DNA of 12,296 nucleotides from a virus (Duplodnaviria; Heunggongvirae; Uroviricota; Caudoviricetes). Each line of letters opens with the position of its first letter. The first letter of the stretch is position 1. A model generated the notes under the pieces. It was not told the origin of the DNA. It did no database searches and saw only the letters and a list, made by a program, of their open reading frames with translations. Position numbers and translations under genes: made by a program. The stretch lies in the IMG/VR virus record IMGVR_UViG_2541047680_000005, one strand, 5' to 3'. Below, piece after piece: positions 1 to 7,237 of this stretch.

Positions 1-1027
1 CGGTATTCCCTTTTCCTTCTGTGGCTGATTTCCGGTCATTATCCAGTGCGCAGGTGATTTTTGCCGCCGGGTACATGTTTACCAGTTGTTCCACAACATG
101 AACCATGTTGTTAGCGGATACAGCGACAACCACAGCGTCAAAGCGTTTATCTTTTTTCGTGGCAAGCCAGATGGATGCACCAGTAGCAAAACCTTCTGTA
201 ACAGCGATGTTTTGCGCCCCTTTTAGCTCACCGATAACAAAGCAGGCACCGACGAAATCGCCGCTGGTTACGGCGCTGGTCTGGTATTTTCCACCTTGTT
301 TGTCGATTCGCTGCCAACCCACAATACGACCATCGTAACGACCGTCCAGGTGAGCCAGAGGGATAGCCATATACGTGGTTGGCCCCCTGCTCCATTTTGC
401 GCTGTCGTGACTGGTCACGCGACGCACATCACACGAATTAAAAACGTCACGAATACCTTTTTTAATCGCATATGGCCACGAGCCGTCTTCTGCAGGAGCA
501 TGTTCCCACGCGCTGTGAAATGCCAGCCATCCCAGCAAACGTTCATGGTCCATTTGGTTGTTTTTCAGGTCATTAATTCGTTTTTGTTCTTCACGGCGAC
601 GACGTGCTTCGGCCTGACGTTCTATTCTTGCCCGTTCTTCTTCCGGTTGTGCGACCACGGTCGCATTATTCCGCTGTTGCTCACGGCGATATTCAGAAAA
701 CAGGAAGGAGAAACCGCTCCATGAGCCAGCATCGCTGCCTTTATGGACGAAGTTAATGAACGGATAATCAATCCCTTTGCTGTGTTCCAGCCGGGAGTAA
801 ATTTCTACGCGTCCTTTGAGGCTCTTCTCGAGAGCTTCTGGAGATGTTTTATTGTATGAAGAGTAACGCTCAACACCCCCGCGAGGGTTGAGTTGGATGT
901 TGTCGGAACAGGCAGGCCAGTTGATACCAGCCATCTGTGCCAGCTCGGTTAGTTCATCCCGTGCTGCTTCAATTAGCGAGAACGGATCGCTGCCAAAGCG
1001 ATCCGCATAGAAATCGTTTAATGTCAT
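1..1027 (-). CDS. Replication primase (Toprim / EGYATA-type, RepA-like or P4-alpha-like), N-terminal ~342 codons; the 3' end lies beyond the left window edge
   Basis: Hand translation of the minus strand from ATG at 1027..1025 (MTLNDFYADRFGSDPFSLIEAARDEL...) stays open to position 1. It is absent from the ORF track because no stop lies inside the window. Contains VTEGFATGASIW (EGYATA-like primase motif) and ITCALDNDRKS (DxD, Toprim-like). Track ORFs 105..338 and 296..724 on the plus strand are its antisense shadow. Confidence 0.7.
   Translation of the reverse strand, partial: MTLNDFYADRFGSDPFSLIEAARDELTELAQMAGINWPACSDNIQLNPRGGVERYSSYNKTSPEALEKSLKGRVEIYSRLEHSKGIDYPFINFVHKGSDAGSWSGFSFLFSEYRREQQRNNATVVAQPEEERARIERQAEARRRREEQKRINDLKNNQMDHERLLGWLAFHSAWEHAPAEDGSWPYAIKKGIRDVFNSCDVRRVTSHDSAKWSRGPTTYMAIPLAHLDGRYDGRIVGWQRIDKQGGKYQTSAVTSGDFVGACFVIGELKGAQNIAVTEGFATGASIWLATKKDKRFDAVVVAVSANNMVHVVEQLVNMYPAAKITCALDNDRKSATEGKGNT
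649..666. repeat. 18-bp palindrome copy 1 (GTGCGACCACGGTCGCAT), candidate ParB/SopB-type centromere site
   Basis: Core TGCGACC-AC-GGTCGCA read directly; lies inside the primase coding sequence, where it encodes ATVVAQ on the minus strand. Confidence 0.6.
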
Positions 1028-1076
1028 TTTTTAGCCATTCCATGCGAATTATGTTTTTTCGGGTTGAAAAAATCCG

Positions 1077-1143
1077 CAGGAGCAGCCACAATAAACGCAT
1101 CTTGAATTGACGGAATCCGTCGCGTTGTTGTGGCTGCTTCCTG
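1077..1143. repeat. Long-range inverted repeat CAGGAGCAGCCACAA / TTGTGGCTGCTTCCTG (15-16 bp arms, one-base bulge, ~36-bp loop) in the primase upstream leader
   Basis: Read directly: 1077..1091 is the reverse complement of 1128..1143 except for one extra T. Lies 50-115 bp upstream of the primase start codon. Confidence 0.5.
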
Positions 1144-1150
1144 AAAAGGA

Positions 1151-1178
1151 CCCGAGTTTGCCGACTCGGGTTTTTTTT
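1151..1178. terminator. Intrinsic terminator-like hairpin CCCGAGT-TTGCCG-ACTCGGG followed by T8
   Basis: 7-bp GC-rich stem (1151..1157 / 1164..1170) with TTTTTTTT at 1171..1178 on the plus strand. On the minus strand the same stem is followed by UCCUUUUC, so it may also insulate the repressor transcript from the primase gene. Confidence 0.55.
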
Positions 1179-1272
1179 CGTCTTTTTTCTGCTGCTGTAA
1201 CCTGAGTCAACCCACAGAACATATGCCCTGCATTAAACCAGATTTACAGCAAACAATAAACCCCGTATTAAG

Positions 1273-1869
1273 TCATCTACCCTCAACCATGAATGATTTG
1301 ATCGTTCCGACTATTTGGTGAACAAATTCAAGATCGCTTTTCCTGAAGATGGCGCGTTGTGAGTTTGTTCCATCCAGATAGTAATTTTCATCATCAAAAC
1401 GGGCCAGGCGCTGGATAGTGATATTTCCTGCAGTATCACGAACCAGAACATCCTCGCCGGGGACCAGTTCCAGCGCAGAATCGACCAGGAGAAAATCGCC
1501 TGGCTGATAGTTTCCCTGCGTAAGATTGCTGATAGTTAACGCATACACAGTATTGCGCTGGCTGATGAATGGCAGGAATCGCTCAGTATTTGGAACCTGT
1601 CCCGGCTTCCACTCTTCATCCGGCCCACTTTCAGTTGTGCCAATAACAGGAATGCGATCAGGGTCATATTCTGTCCCATATAGCACCCAATGCACTGGCT
1701 TGCGTAAGCACTTAGCCAGGGCAATACCTATCTCCAGTGACGGCATTACGTCGCCACGTTCTAAGTTTTGGACGCCTGCTATAGAGATATCGACAGCCTC
1801 AGCAACTTCTCGCAACGTCAGCTTCATCTCTAAACGGCGTGCTTTCAGTCGTTCGCCTCGTGTTTTCAT
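1273..1869 (-). CDS. CI-like prophage repressor (N-terminal HTH, C-terminal LexA/S24-like domain, probably non-cleavable)
   Basis: 198-aa ORF. N-terminus LTLREVAEAVDISIAGVQNLERG is a classic XRE-type HTH. C-terminus PGDFLLVD...GNITIQRL aligns by eye with the LexA / lambda CI S24 core, but Gln replaces the catalytic Lys and no Ala-Gly cleavage site is evident. Divergent from the cro-like gene with operators between. Confidence 0.85.
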   Translation of the reverse strand: MKTRGERLKARRLEMKLTLREVAEAVDISIAGVQNLERGDVMPSLEIGIALAKCLRKPVHWVLYGTEYDPDRIPVIGTTESGPDEEWKPGQVPNTERFLPFISQRNTVYALTISNLTQGNYQPGDFLLVDSALELVPGEDVLVRDTAGNITIQRLARFDDENYYLDGTNSQRAIFRKSDLEFVHQIVGTIKSFMVEGR

Positions 1870-1891
1870 AGCTTAATCATAAATGATCTTC

Positions 1892-1907
1892 TTATAGCTG
1901 GCTATAA
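1892..1907. promoter_or_regulatory. Operator O1: perfect palindrome TTATAGC-TG-GCTATAA
   Basis: 7-bp perfect inverted arms read directly; sits in the repressor/cro divergent intergenic region. Confidence 0.65.
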
Positions 1908-1917
1908 AATTTATTTA

Positions 1918-1933
1918 TTATAGCTGGCTTTAA
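1918..1933. promoter_or_regulatory. Operator O2: TTATAGC-TG-GCTTTAA (one mismatch to O1)
   Basis: Same half-site as O1, 26 bp downstream. Confidence 0.6.
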
Positions 1934-1940
1934 ATGCGAT

Positions 1941-1956
1941 TTATTGCTTATAATAA
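1941..1956. promoter_or_regulatory. Possible operator O3 (degenerate, TTATTGC-TT-ATAATAA) overlapping a TATAAT -10-like hexamer
   Basis: Degenerate copy of the O1 half-sites 23 bp after O2; TATAAT at 1949..1954 lies immediately upstream of the cro-like ATG at 1961. Confidence 0.35.
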
Positions 1957-1960
1957 CCGC

Positions 1961-2182
1961 ATGAAACCAGAAGAACTTATTCGCCACTTTGGCAGTGTAG
2001 AAAAAGCAGCGGCTGGGGTAGGTGTAACACCCGGTGCTGTTTACCAATGGTTAACCGCTGGAGAGATTCCTTCATTGCGGCAAAGTGATATTGAAGTTCG
2101 TACTGCTTACAAGCTGAAGAGTGACTTTACAACTCGGCGGGTAAAGCAGTCGATTAAGGAGAGCCGTAAGCGTGGAGCTTGA
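1961..2182 (+). CDS. cro: Cro-like DNA-binding protein
   Basis: Track ORF 1934..2182; from Met10 the protein MKPEELIRHFGSVEKAAAGVGVTPGAVYQWL resembles P22 Cro as I recall it (MYKKDVIDHFG...ISDAAVSQW). Start at 1961 is preferred over 1934 on that alignment; neither has a strong SD, so the message may be nearly leaderless. Confidence 0.8.
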   Translation: MKPEELIRHFGSVEKAAAGVGVTPGAVYQWLTAGEIPSLRQSDIEVRTAYKLKSDFTTRRVKQSIKESRKRGA

Positions 2183-2882
2183 GTATATACGCAGCTGCGT
2201 CTCCACGGCATTGGCTGATATTCATTATCGCCAGCGTGGCATCCTAGAGGTCCAGCTTGAGCAGATGCGTCTAGGCAGATCAGGACGCTTTAACAATAAA
2301 CCAGTCCGGTCAATCAGTGTAGGTGATGATAACTCATACGAAGTGTCCGTTCCTGCTGAGCCGGTTAGATTCCACCAGGGGAAAACATTTAAACAATCAT
2401 CAATGTTGCTCACTGATATTGATTTTCAGAGCGCCAGCTGGCGCAGGGCTATTGGTCAGTTGAATAACGAGGAATCAGCCTGGCTTTATTATTGCTACGG
2501 ATGCAAGCCTGATTACAACAATGATGTGATTGTTTGTCAGTGGTTATGGCTTGATTTTCTGGTTGCTCATTCGGGGGGCGGCTTTAAAAAAATGAAGGCC
2601 TCCACGAAAAAAGCCATGCGGAAATTGATTTATTACGCGGCACAGCAGGTTAAATCAGAACTTACGTGTGCTGAGGCAGTTGATGAGAGAGAACAGGACA
2701 GGCATCTGAGTTTTCTACTGAATATATCTATTGATAGCTGGAGACAAGATTATAAAGAACGCTGGCTTTTAATTAAGTCGCGATGTCTGAGCTTAAATCG
2801 AACTGCATTATTAAATGCGGCGGAGAAGCGCAGTGAAATCATCAAACGCCATCGGGCAGGAAGTGCCATTCTGCCTTTGTAA
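2172..2882 (+). CDS. Hypothetical early protein (236 aa) immediately after cro; possible regulator
   Basis: GTG start at 2172 with AAGGAG 11 nt upstream, overlapping the cro stop. No motif I can assign with confidence. Position matches where cII or Q-like regulators sit in some temperate phages, but that is positional only. Confidence 0.6.
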   Translation: MELEYIRSCVSTALADIHYRQRGILEVQLEQMRLGRSGRFNNKPVRSISVGDDNSYEVSVPAEPVRFHQGKTFKQSSMLLTDIDFQSASWRRAIGQLNNEESAWLYYCYGCKPDYNNDVIVCQWLWLDFLVAHSGGGFKKMKASTKKAMRKLIYYAAQQVKSELTCAEAVDEREQDRHLSFLLNISIDSWRQDYKERWLLIKSRCLSLNRTALLNAAEKRSEIIKRHRAGSAILPL

Positions 2883-3135
2883 ACAAGTTATGTTCAGGAA
2901 ACCGTCGAAGCCAGAATTAAGGTATTCGGGGGTAAGAAATGAATATGTTATCTGGTGTCCAACTTGTGGTTACAGGACACGACCAGATAGTAATAAGCAG
3001 TCTGTAATTGCCGATTGGTATTTATCAAATCAGCCAGGTAATAAGCATATAGAAAATCTTTGGATTAAGCGTTACTTGGAAATCAGAGAGGGTGCGACCG
3101 TGGTCGCACAAGAAAATGAAAATAACGCCATTTAA
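2815..3135 (+). CDS. Small Cys-rich (CxC...CxxC) putative zinc-ribbon protein
   Basis: Track ORF. Contains FCLC and CPTCGY. Start is uncertain: ATG 2815 overlaps the upstream gene by 68 nt, and the alternative ATG at 2890 lacks an SD and would drop the first Cys pair. The last 15 codons include one copy of the 18-bp palindrome. Confidence 0.4.
   Translation: MRRRSAVKSSNAIGQEVPFCLCKQVMFRKPSKPELRYSGVRNEYVIWCPTCGYRTRPDSNKQSVIADWYLSNQPGNKHIENLWIKRYLEIREGATVVAQENENNAI
3092..3109. repeat. 18-bp palindrome copy 2 (GTGCGACCGTGGTCGCAC)
   Basis: Perfect 8-bp arms with GT centre; at the 3' end of ORF 2815..3135, where it again encodes ATVVAQ. Confidence 0.6.
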
Positions 3136-3145
3136 GCAGGGGCCG

Positions 3146-3319
3146 ATGACGCATGATGAAGCAGAGCGTCTTTCAGATACTTATCGGCGGCGTGGTAAGA
3201 AAGTTCTGGTTGTTCGTTCTGATTTTTTAGGTGATGGATATTGCGTTTATGTTCATTTACCTGAATCAGAAAGAACGCCAAAACCATCCAGAACATATCA
3301 ACAGAAAATTTGGGTATAG
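3146..3319 (+). CDS. Small hypothetical protein (57 aa)
   Basis: Track ORF 3092..3319 begins at a GTG inside the palindrome (an artefact). The in-frame ATG at 3146 has GCAGGGG 4-9 nt upstream and follows the previous stop at 3135. Confidence 0.3.
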   Translation: MTHDEAERLSDTYRRRGKKVLVVRSDFLGDGYCVYVHLPESERTPKPSRTYQQKIWV

Positions 3320-3342
3320 ATAAACGTTGAGGAGAATTATTC

Positions 3343-3942
3343 GTGACTAATCAGATTATTTACGACAGGAAACGGTCTGATGTAATGATTGACCTTGAAA
3401 CAATGGGTACTAACACATGTGCTCCAATTGTTTCTATCGGGGCAGTGTTTTTTTCTCCAGAAAGTGAGGAATTAGGTCCTACTTTTTATGTACCAGTGAA
3501 TCTCAGAAGCTCGATGTTGAATGGTGGTGTCGCCGATGGTGATACCATTTTATGGTGGTTGAAACAGAGCAAGGAAGCCAGAGCCGCAATTTGTACTAAT
3601 GATGCCCTTGATATTAAGGATGCACTTTTTGAATTATCACACTTTATTACTTGCCATGCATGTAATTTAAAAAAATTGAAAGTATGGGGAAATGGAGCAA
3701 CGTTCGATAATGTGATTTTACGCGGTGCTTATGAGCGCGTTGGCTTAGCCTGTCCGTGGGAATATTTTAATGATCAGGATGTTCGAACAATCGTTAATCT
3801 TGGTCAGTTTATTGGTTTTAATCCTAAAAAAGATATGCCATTTGATGGCGAACGACACAATGCCCTGGCTGATGCTATTCATCAGGCTAAATATGTATCC
3901 GCAATTTTCTCCCGTCTTGTAAAAGGGCAAGGAGAATCGTAA
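3343..3942 (+). CDS. DEDDh-family 3'-5' exonuclease (DnaQ-like fold)
   Basis: GTG start with GAGGAG 8 nt upstream. Motifs: MIDLETMG (Exo I, D-x-E), a central Asp-containing segment, and HNALADAIH (Exo III, H-x4-D). Confidence 0.8.
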   Translation: MTNQIIYDRKRSDVMIDLETMGTNTCAPIVSIGAVFFSPESEELGPTFYVPVNLRSSMLNGGVADGDTILWWLKQSKEARAAICTNDALDIKDALFELSHFITCHACNLKKLKVWGNGATFDNVILRGAYERVGLACPWEYFNDQDVRTIVNLGQFIGFNPKKDMPFDGERHNALADAIHQAKYVSAIFSRLVKGQGES

Positions 3943-4361
3943 TGGCAAAGGCTTTTACACCAGAACAGAGGGAAGAACTGAATAAACAAATTGTGGAACT
4001 CGTGCGCCTGAATGGACGAGGAACGGTTAGACAACTTGCGGATGAAACTGGTATTAGCCGGTGTGCTGTTAGTCGTTTATCAAGAGAGCTTGCTGCCAGT
4101 GGTGATTTGTATATCTCTGGCTCCGGGATATTTCTGTCTGCACAAGCACGCAAGGACTGGCAAAACGCCCGTAAAAAACTATCAAGAGTAAAGCCGAAGA
4201 AATCGGTAGTGGTTGATCCAGACCTTATCTGGTCATTACCTGACGGAGAAATACGTCGTTACGACAGGCGCTTGAACATGATTTGTCACGATTGCCGGAA
4301 AAGTGAAGTTATGCAGCGTGTGCTGGCTTTTTATCAGGGAAATTTACAGGAGGTGGCGTAG
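3942..4361 (+). CDS. Putative helix-turn-helix DNA-binding protein
   Basis: ATG overlaps the upstream stop (TAATG). N-terminal TVRQLADETGISRCAVSRLSRELAASGDL is HTH-like. Confidence 0.65.
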   Translation: MAKAFTPEQREELNKQIVELVRLNGRGTVRQLADETGISRCAVSRLSRELAASGDLYISGSGIFLSAQARKDWQNARKKLSRVKPKKSVVVDPDLIWSLPDGEIRRYDRRLNMICHDCRKSEVMQRVLAFYQGNLQEVA

Positions 4362-4651
4362 TGAATATCGACACCACGATAACGATCGATACGGCCCTAA
4401 ATATCGGTCTGGCACTTCTCGGTTGGTTTTACATCATGTTCAGCGCAGGGAAGTGGGCGGCCACTGTTTTTCTAAAACAGTGGAAAAAACGGCGCAAACA
4501 GGAGCTACGCCAGAAGGCATTAGAAGCGTTCTATGACGCATTTGAACTTAACAGCATTGAACCAGGCACAACAGTCAGAGTGGCAACCAAAGGTGATCTG
4601 ATGATCATGATGTTCCGACAGGAGAAAGCAGAGAAAGGGGAATCCGCATGA
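4361..4651 (+). CDS. Small membrane-anchored protein (one predicted TM helix)
   Basis: GTG start overlapping the upstream stop. Hydrophobic segment LNIGLALLGWFYIMFSAG is followed by a basic stretch KQWKKRRKQELRQK. Confidence 0.55.
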   Translation: MNIDTTITIDTALNIGLALLGWFYIMFSAGKWAATVFLKQWKKRRKQELRQKALEAFYDAFELNSIEPGTTVRVATKGDLMIMMFRQEKAEKGESA

Positions 4652-5307
4652 AATTTTCCAAATTTTCTGAGTTGGTGAATCGTATCTTGTCCAACAAACA
4701 CAGCCAGCGTTGCGATATGGATGTAACAATCGTTATTCATTCGCCTGGCAGCATTGGTTCAACACCCTCAGTTGAGGTTCAGTCAATTCACGCTGGTTTT
4801 GATTGGGATTCCGGGAAAGTGCTGATTTTCCCAGCACAGCCACTGACCACGCTAACACCAGAACAGATTACTGATATTACTGATAGTGTGCGCAAAGGTC
4901 AGTCCTGGCACGCATATCAGGAATACAAGAAGCATAAAGAGCAGTTGGAAAAATTGTCGATTGAACTGGATGCTGCAAAACAGCGCGTAGCAGAACTGGA
5001 AGCCAAACCTGTAAGCCAAACTTACAAGTTAACTTTTGAGCAATGGCTGGAACAGCAGCATGACAAAATTGATGTTGATTGTGGATGTGTAAGTACTGAA
5101 ATGTTTATGCACTGGATAAGGGTCGCGTATGAGGCTGGCAACTCTCCGGTAACTCCGGATGGTCATGTTCAGTTTTCTGTTTCACTTCCTGCAGCGTTTG
5201 GTGGAGATAAATATTTTATTGATGGTGTATTTCAACCTTTGAGATATGAGCGTGACTGTGAAAGGGCGGTTGTGGCCGCTGGCGGTGTAGTTAGTTGGGT
5301 TAAGTAA
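4648..5307 (+). CDS. Hypothetical protein (219 aa) with central coiled-coil segment
   Basis: ATG overlaps the upstream stop (ATGA). Central KEQLEKLSIELDAAKQRVAELEAK is coiled-coil-like. No assignable catalytic motif. Confidence 0.65.
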   Translation: MKFSKFSELVNRILSNKHSQRCDMDVTIVIHSPGSIGSTPSVEVQSIHAGFDWDSGKVLIFPAQPLTTLTPEQITDITDSVRKGQSWHAYQEYKKHKEQLEKLSIELDAAKQRVAELEAKPVSQTYKLTFEQWLEQQHDKIDVDCGCVSTEMFMHWIRVAYEAGNSPVTPDGHVQFSVSLPAAFGGDKYFIDGVFQPLRYERDCERAVVAAGGVVSWVK

Positions 5308-5322
5308 TTTTCAGGAGGATTT

Positions 5323-5649
5323 ATGGCGCTGACACCGGCAGAACGGCAAAGGAGACGCAGGGAACGGTTGAAGAAGGAAGGCACATCAAGACGGGACTGG
5401 ATTCTAGAACCTGACGAGTTACGTATGTTGGGGGAAATTTGTGTATTGCGTAGACCAGGGCGAGTTCCATATTCGGAGAACGAAGTCATTGGTTTGCTGA
5501 TCAGGAAAAACTATAAGGAGCTGCAGAAGCAGCTATCTACTACTTGCCCGCGATGTGGTCAAAAAATGCCTGTTTCAGAATGCATTTTTGATGGCGAAGG
5601 GTCATGCCACCTTACAACCACGAGGCTGAAACTTGCGCTCAAAGTGTGA
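5323..5649 (+). CDS. Hypothetical protein with Arg-rich N-terminus and C-terminal Cys cluster
   Basis: Good SD (CAGGAGG) 6 nt before the ATG. N-terminus LTPAERQRRRRERLKK; C-terminal CPRCGQ...C...C. Confidence 0.6.
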   Translation: MALTPAERQRRRRERLKKEGTSRRDWILEPDELRMLGEICVLRRPGRVPYSENEVIGLLIRKNYKELQKQLSTTCPRCGQKMPVSECIFDGEGSCHLTTTRLKLALKV

Positions 5650-5667
5650 CTGGTCACGGAGGGATAA

Positions 5668-5910
5668 ATGGATAAAAAGGCATTGCTTTTTGAAATGATA
5701 CGAAAACGGAGCGAAAAGAGCTTTTCTGATGGTGGTGATGGGTTTGTTTTCGCTTCGATGCTTGCTTTTGATGTTGGGTTAAATAGCAGAATTGTTAAAA
5801 GGATGCTTGATTCTGCTGTCCGTACTGGACTTCTTGAGAAAGTTGATCGTGGCATAGGGAGAGAGCATAAGTATCGGGTCACACAGCAGTTTACGCAGTT
5901 AATTCATTGA
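5668..5910 (+). CDS. Hypothetical small protein (80 aa), possibly winged-helix
   Basis: SD GGAGGG 5 nt upstream of the ATG. No diagnostic motif. Confidence 0.55.
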   Translation: MDKKALLFEMIRKRSEKSFSDGGDGFVFASMLAFDVGLNSRIVKRMLDSAVRTGLLEKVDRGIGREHKYRVTQQFTQLIH

Positions 5911-5992
5911 AAATTGACCGTAAAGTTTGAGTTTTATCCTGTAATTTTATACAGTATAAAAAACCTTTTTTAGTTAAATGGTATGAGATTTA

Positions 5993-6196
5993 ATGTCTGA
6001 AGCAGCCGTATCAACTCTTGAACAACTCGATTCAAATTTGAGAGATATTGACGCCGTTCTGGATCTGGTTAGCGTCACCCTGGCTTCTCCAGAAGCCAGC
6101 CTACATATTGGTGAGGTTTCACGACTCATCAACATGTCGCGAGAGATTGCCCAGCATTGTCAGAAAACTATCGCTGTTGAGCGTTCACATCATTGA
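5993..6196 (+). CDS. Hypothetical small acidic protein (67 aa)
   Basis: Preceded by an AT-rich intergenic region with TTGACC at 5914..5919 and TATAAA-like hexamers at 5948..5961. Weak SD. Convergent with the antitoxin gene. Confidence 0.4.
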   Translation: MSEAAVSTLEQLDSNLRDIDAVLDLVSVTLASPEASLHIGEVSRLINMSREIAQHCQKTIAVERSHH

Positions 6197-6238
6197 TGCA
6201 CACCCCGCCCTTCTGGACGGGGTAGTAAAAGAGTCTAA

Positions 6239-6526
6239 TTAATAAACAGCGCGAATATCGATGGTTGCGCCGCAGGCATGAGCATATTTAGCCAAAGTTT
6301 TCATACTTGCCCCTAAAGGATTGCTTTCCAGGCGGCTGATGGCTGACGGTCGCAACCCCATTCGTTCAGCCAGAGCTGATTTCGTTAAACCTGCTCTTTC
6401 CCTCATTTCGTATAACATTTCGACCATCTCCAGCTCTTTGTCGGCCTCTTCATATCCTTTGACGGCTTCTGGAGTGTTGAGGAGTTTTTCTTTTACTTCG
6501 TTAAACGGGATGCCTTTCGCTTTCAT
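6239..6526 (-). CDS. HigA-like antitoxin (XRE-family HTH)
   Basis: 95 aa, with HTH segment LTKSALAERMGLRPSAISRLE. The start overlaps the toxin stop (ATGA at 6526) and the gene lies downstream of the toxin, the HigBA-type order. Confidence 0.8.
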   Translation of the reverse strand: MKAKGIPFNEVKEKLLNTPEAVKGYEEADKELEMVEMLYEMRERAGLTKSALAERMGLRPSAISRLESNPLGASMKTLAKYAHACGATIDIRAVY

Positions 6527-6837
6527 CAGTTCATCTCCTTCAGGCGAGTTCTGGCGATTTCGATAGCCTTCACCGGTGTTTTCTGTGTCTTTTTTACAAA
6601 TGCATGCAATAGATAAATTTCGTTACCAGTCGCGTAGGCGTACAGCGTTCTTGCGATGTTTTTATCCCCTACTCGTAGTTCAAAAAGCCCTCCACCTATT
6701 ACACGGCTATGGGGCATCTTCAGTTTGTTGCCTTCCTTCTCCAGTCGCTCAATTAATCTGGTCATGCGACCTCGCAAATCATCTGGTAGTTCAAGCAGTT
6801 CATCCAGTGCTGCAGGGTGGGTTATCACGTTAAACAT
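6526..6837 (-). CDS. RelE/ParE-superfamily toxin of the HigB / phage Gp49-like group
   Basis: 103 aa; size, toxin-first order and overall sequence resemble the Gp49-like (DUF891) killer proteins as I recall them; the family is named after phage N15 gp49. Confidence 0.75.
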   Translation of the reverse strand: MFNVITHPAALDELLELPDDLRGRMTRLIERLEKEGNKLKMPHSRVIGGGLFELRVGDKNIARTLYAYATGNEIYLLHAFVKKTQKTPVKAIEIARTRLKEMN

Positions 6838-6895
6838 ATTATAGCCTCCATAGCCATAAAATACACCAAAACAAGAAAAAAGCGCAAATTAAAAA

Positions 6896-6913
6896 TTTCA
6901 CTAAAAAGTGAAA
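6896..6913. promoter_or_regulatory. Inverted repeat TTTCAC-TAAAAA-GTGAAA in the toxin-antitoxin promoter region (candidate operator)
   Basis: 6-bp perfect arms read directly, ~60 bp upstream of the toxin start codon on the minus strand. Confidence 0.4.
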
Positions 6914-7002
6914 AATAACACTGGATGTGTTCGTTTGGCAGAGTTACAGTTCGTGTCATTGAGGGGCAATAACCCACTAACTATATGAATTTGGAGGATA
7001 TT

Positions 7003-7224
7003 ATGAATTATCAAGGTAACGAAAAAATGCGCGACGACGTTGCGGAGATAGCTAACGAACTGTATGAGTTGTGGCAGAAGGTTGAACGTTTCGAAAAGGA
7101 ATATGGTTTCAACAGTACCAACCTGGCAGACCGACTGGCTGGTCGCTTAGTTGGGACTATGGGGCCAAAACTGGCTGAGTTGAACCGCTTTATGGCTGAT
7201 GTTGATTTCCAGTTTCAAGATTGA
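7003..7224 (+). CDS. Hypothetical protein (73 aa)
   Basis: GGAGG at 6993..6997, 5 nt before ATG 7003 (track ORF starts at the earlier ATG 6985, which lacks an SD). Divergent from the toxin-antitoxin operon. Confidence 0.55.
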   Translation: MNYQGNEKMRDDVAEIANELYELWQKVERFEKEYGFNSTNLADRLAGRLVGTMGPKLAELNRFMADVDFQFQD

Positions 7225-7237
7225 TTAGAGAGGCGTT

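Noticed and set aside
105-724. Plus-strand track ORFs 105..338 and 296..724
   Set aside because: They lie entirely antisense to the long open minus-strand primase frame, have no ribosome-binding sites and give low-complexity translations; they are shadow ORFs.
1526-1876. Track ORFs 1526..1876 (+) and 1536..1724 (-) overlapping the repressor gene
   Set aside because: They are alternative frames of the well-supported CI-like repressor gene, with no independent start signals.
3092-3115. ORF starts at 3092 and 10511 that translate as MRPWSH, and ORF 10473..10772
   Set aside because: Each starts at the GTG inside a copy of the 18-bp palindrome (GTGCGACCGTGGTCGCAC reads V-R-P-W-S-H). The shared N-terminus is an artefact of the repeat, not a protein family. 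Real starts are placed at the downstream SD-supported ATGs (3146 and 10772).
6321-6844. Plus-strand track ORFs 6321..6566, 6576..6833 and 6656..6844
   Set aside because: They are antisense to the overlapping toxin-antitoxin genes, which have clear family resemblance and coupled starts.
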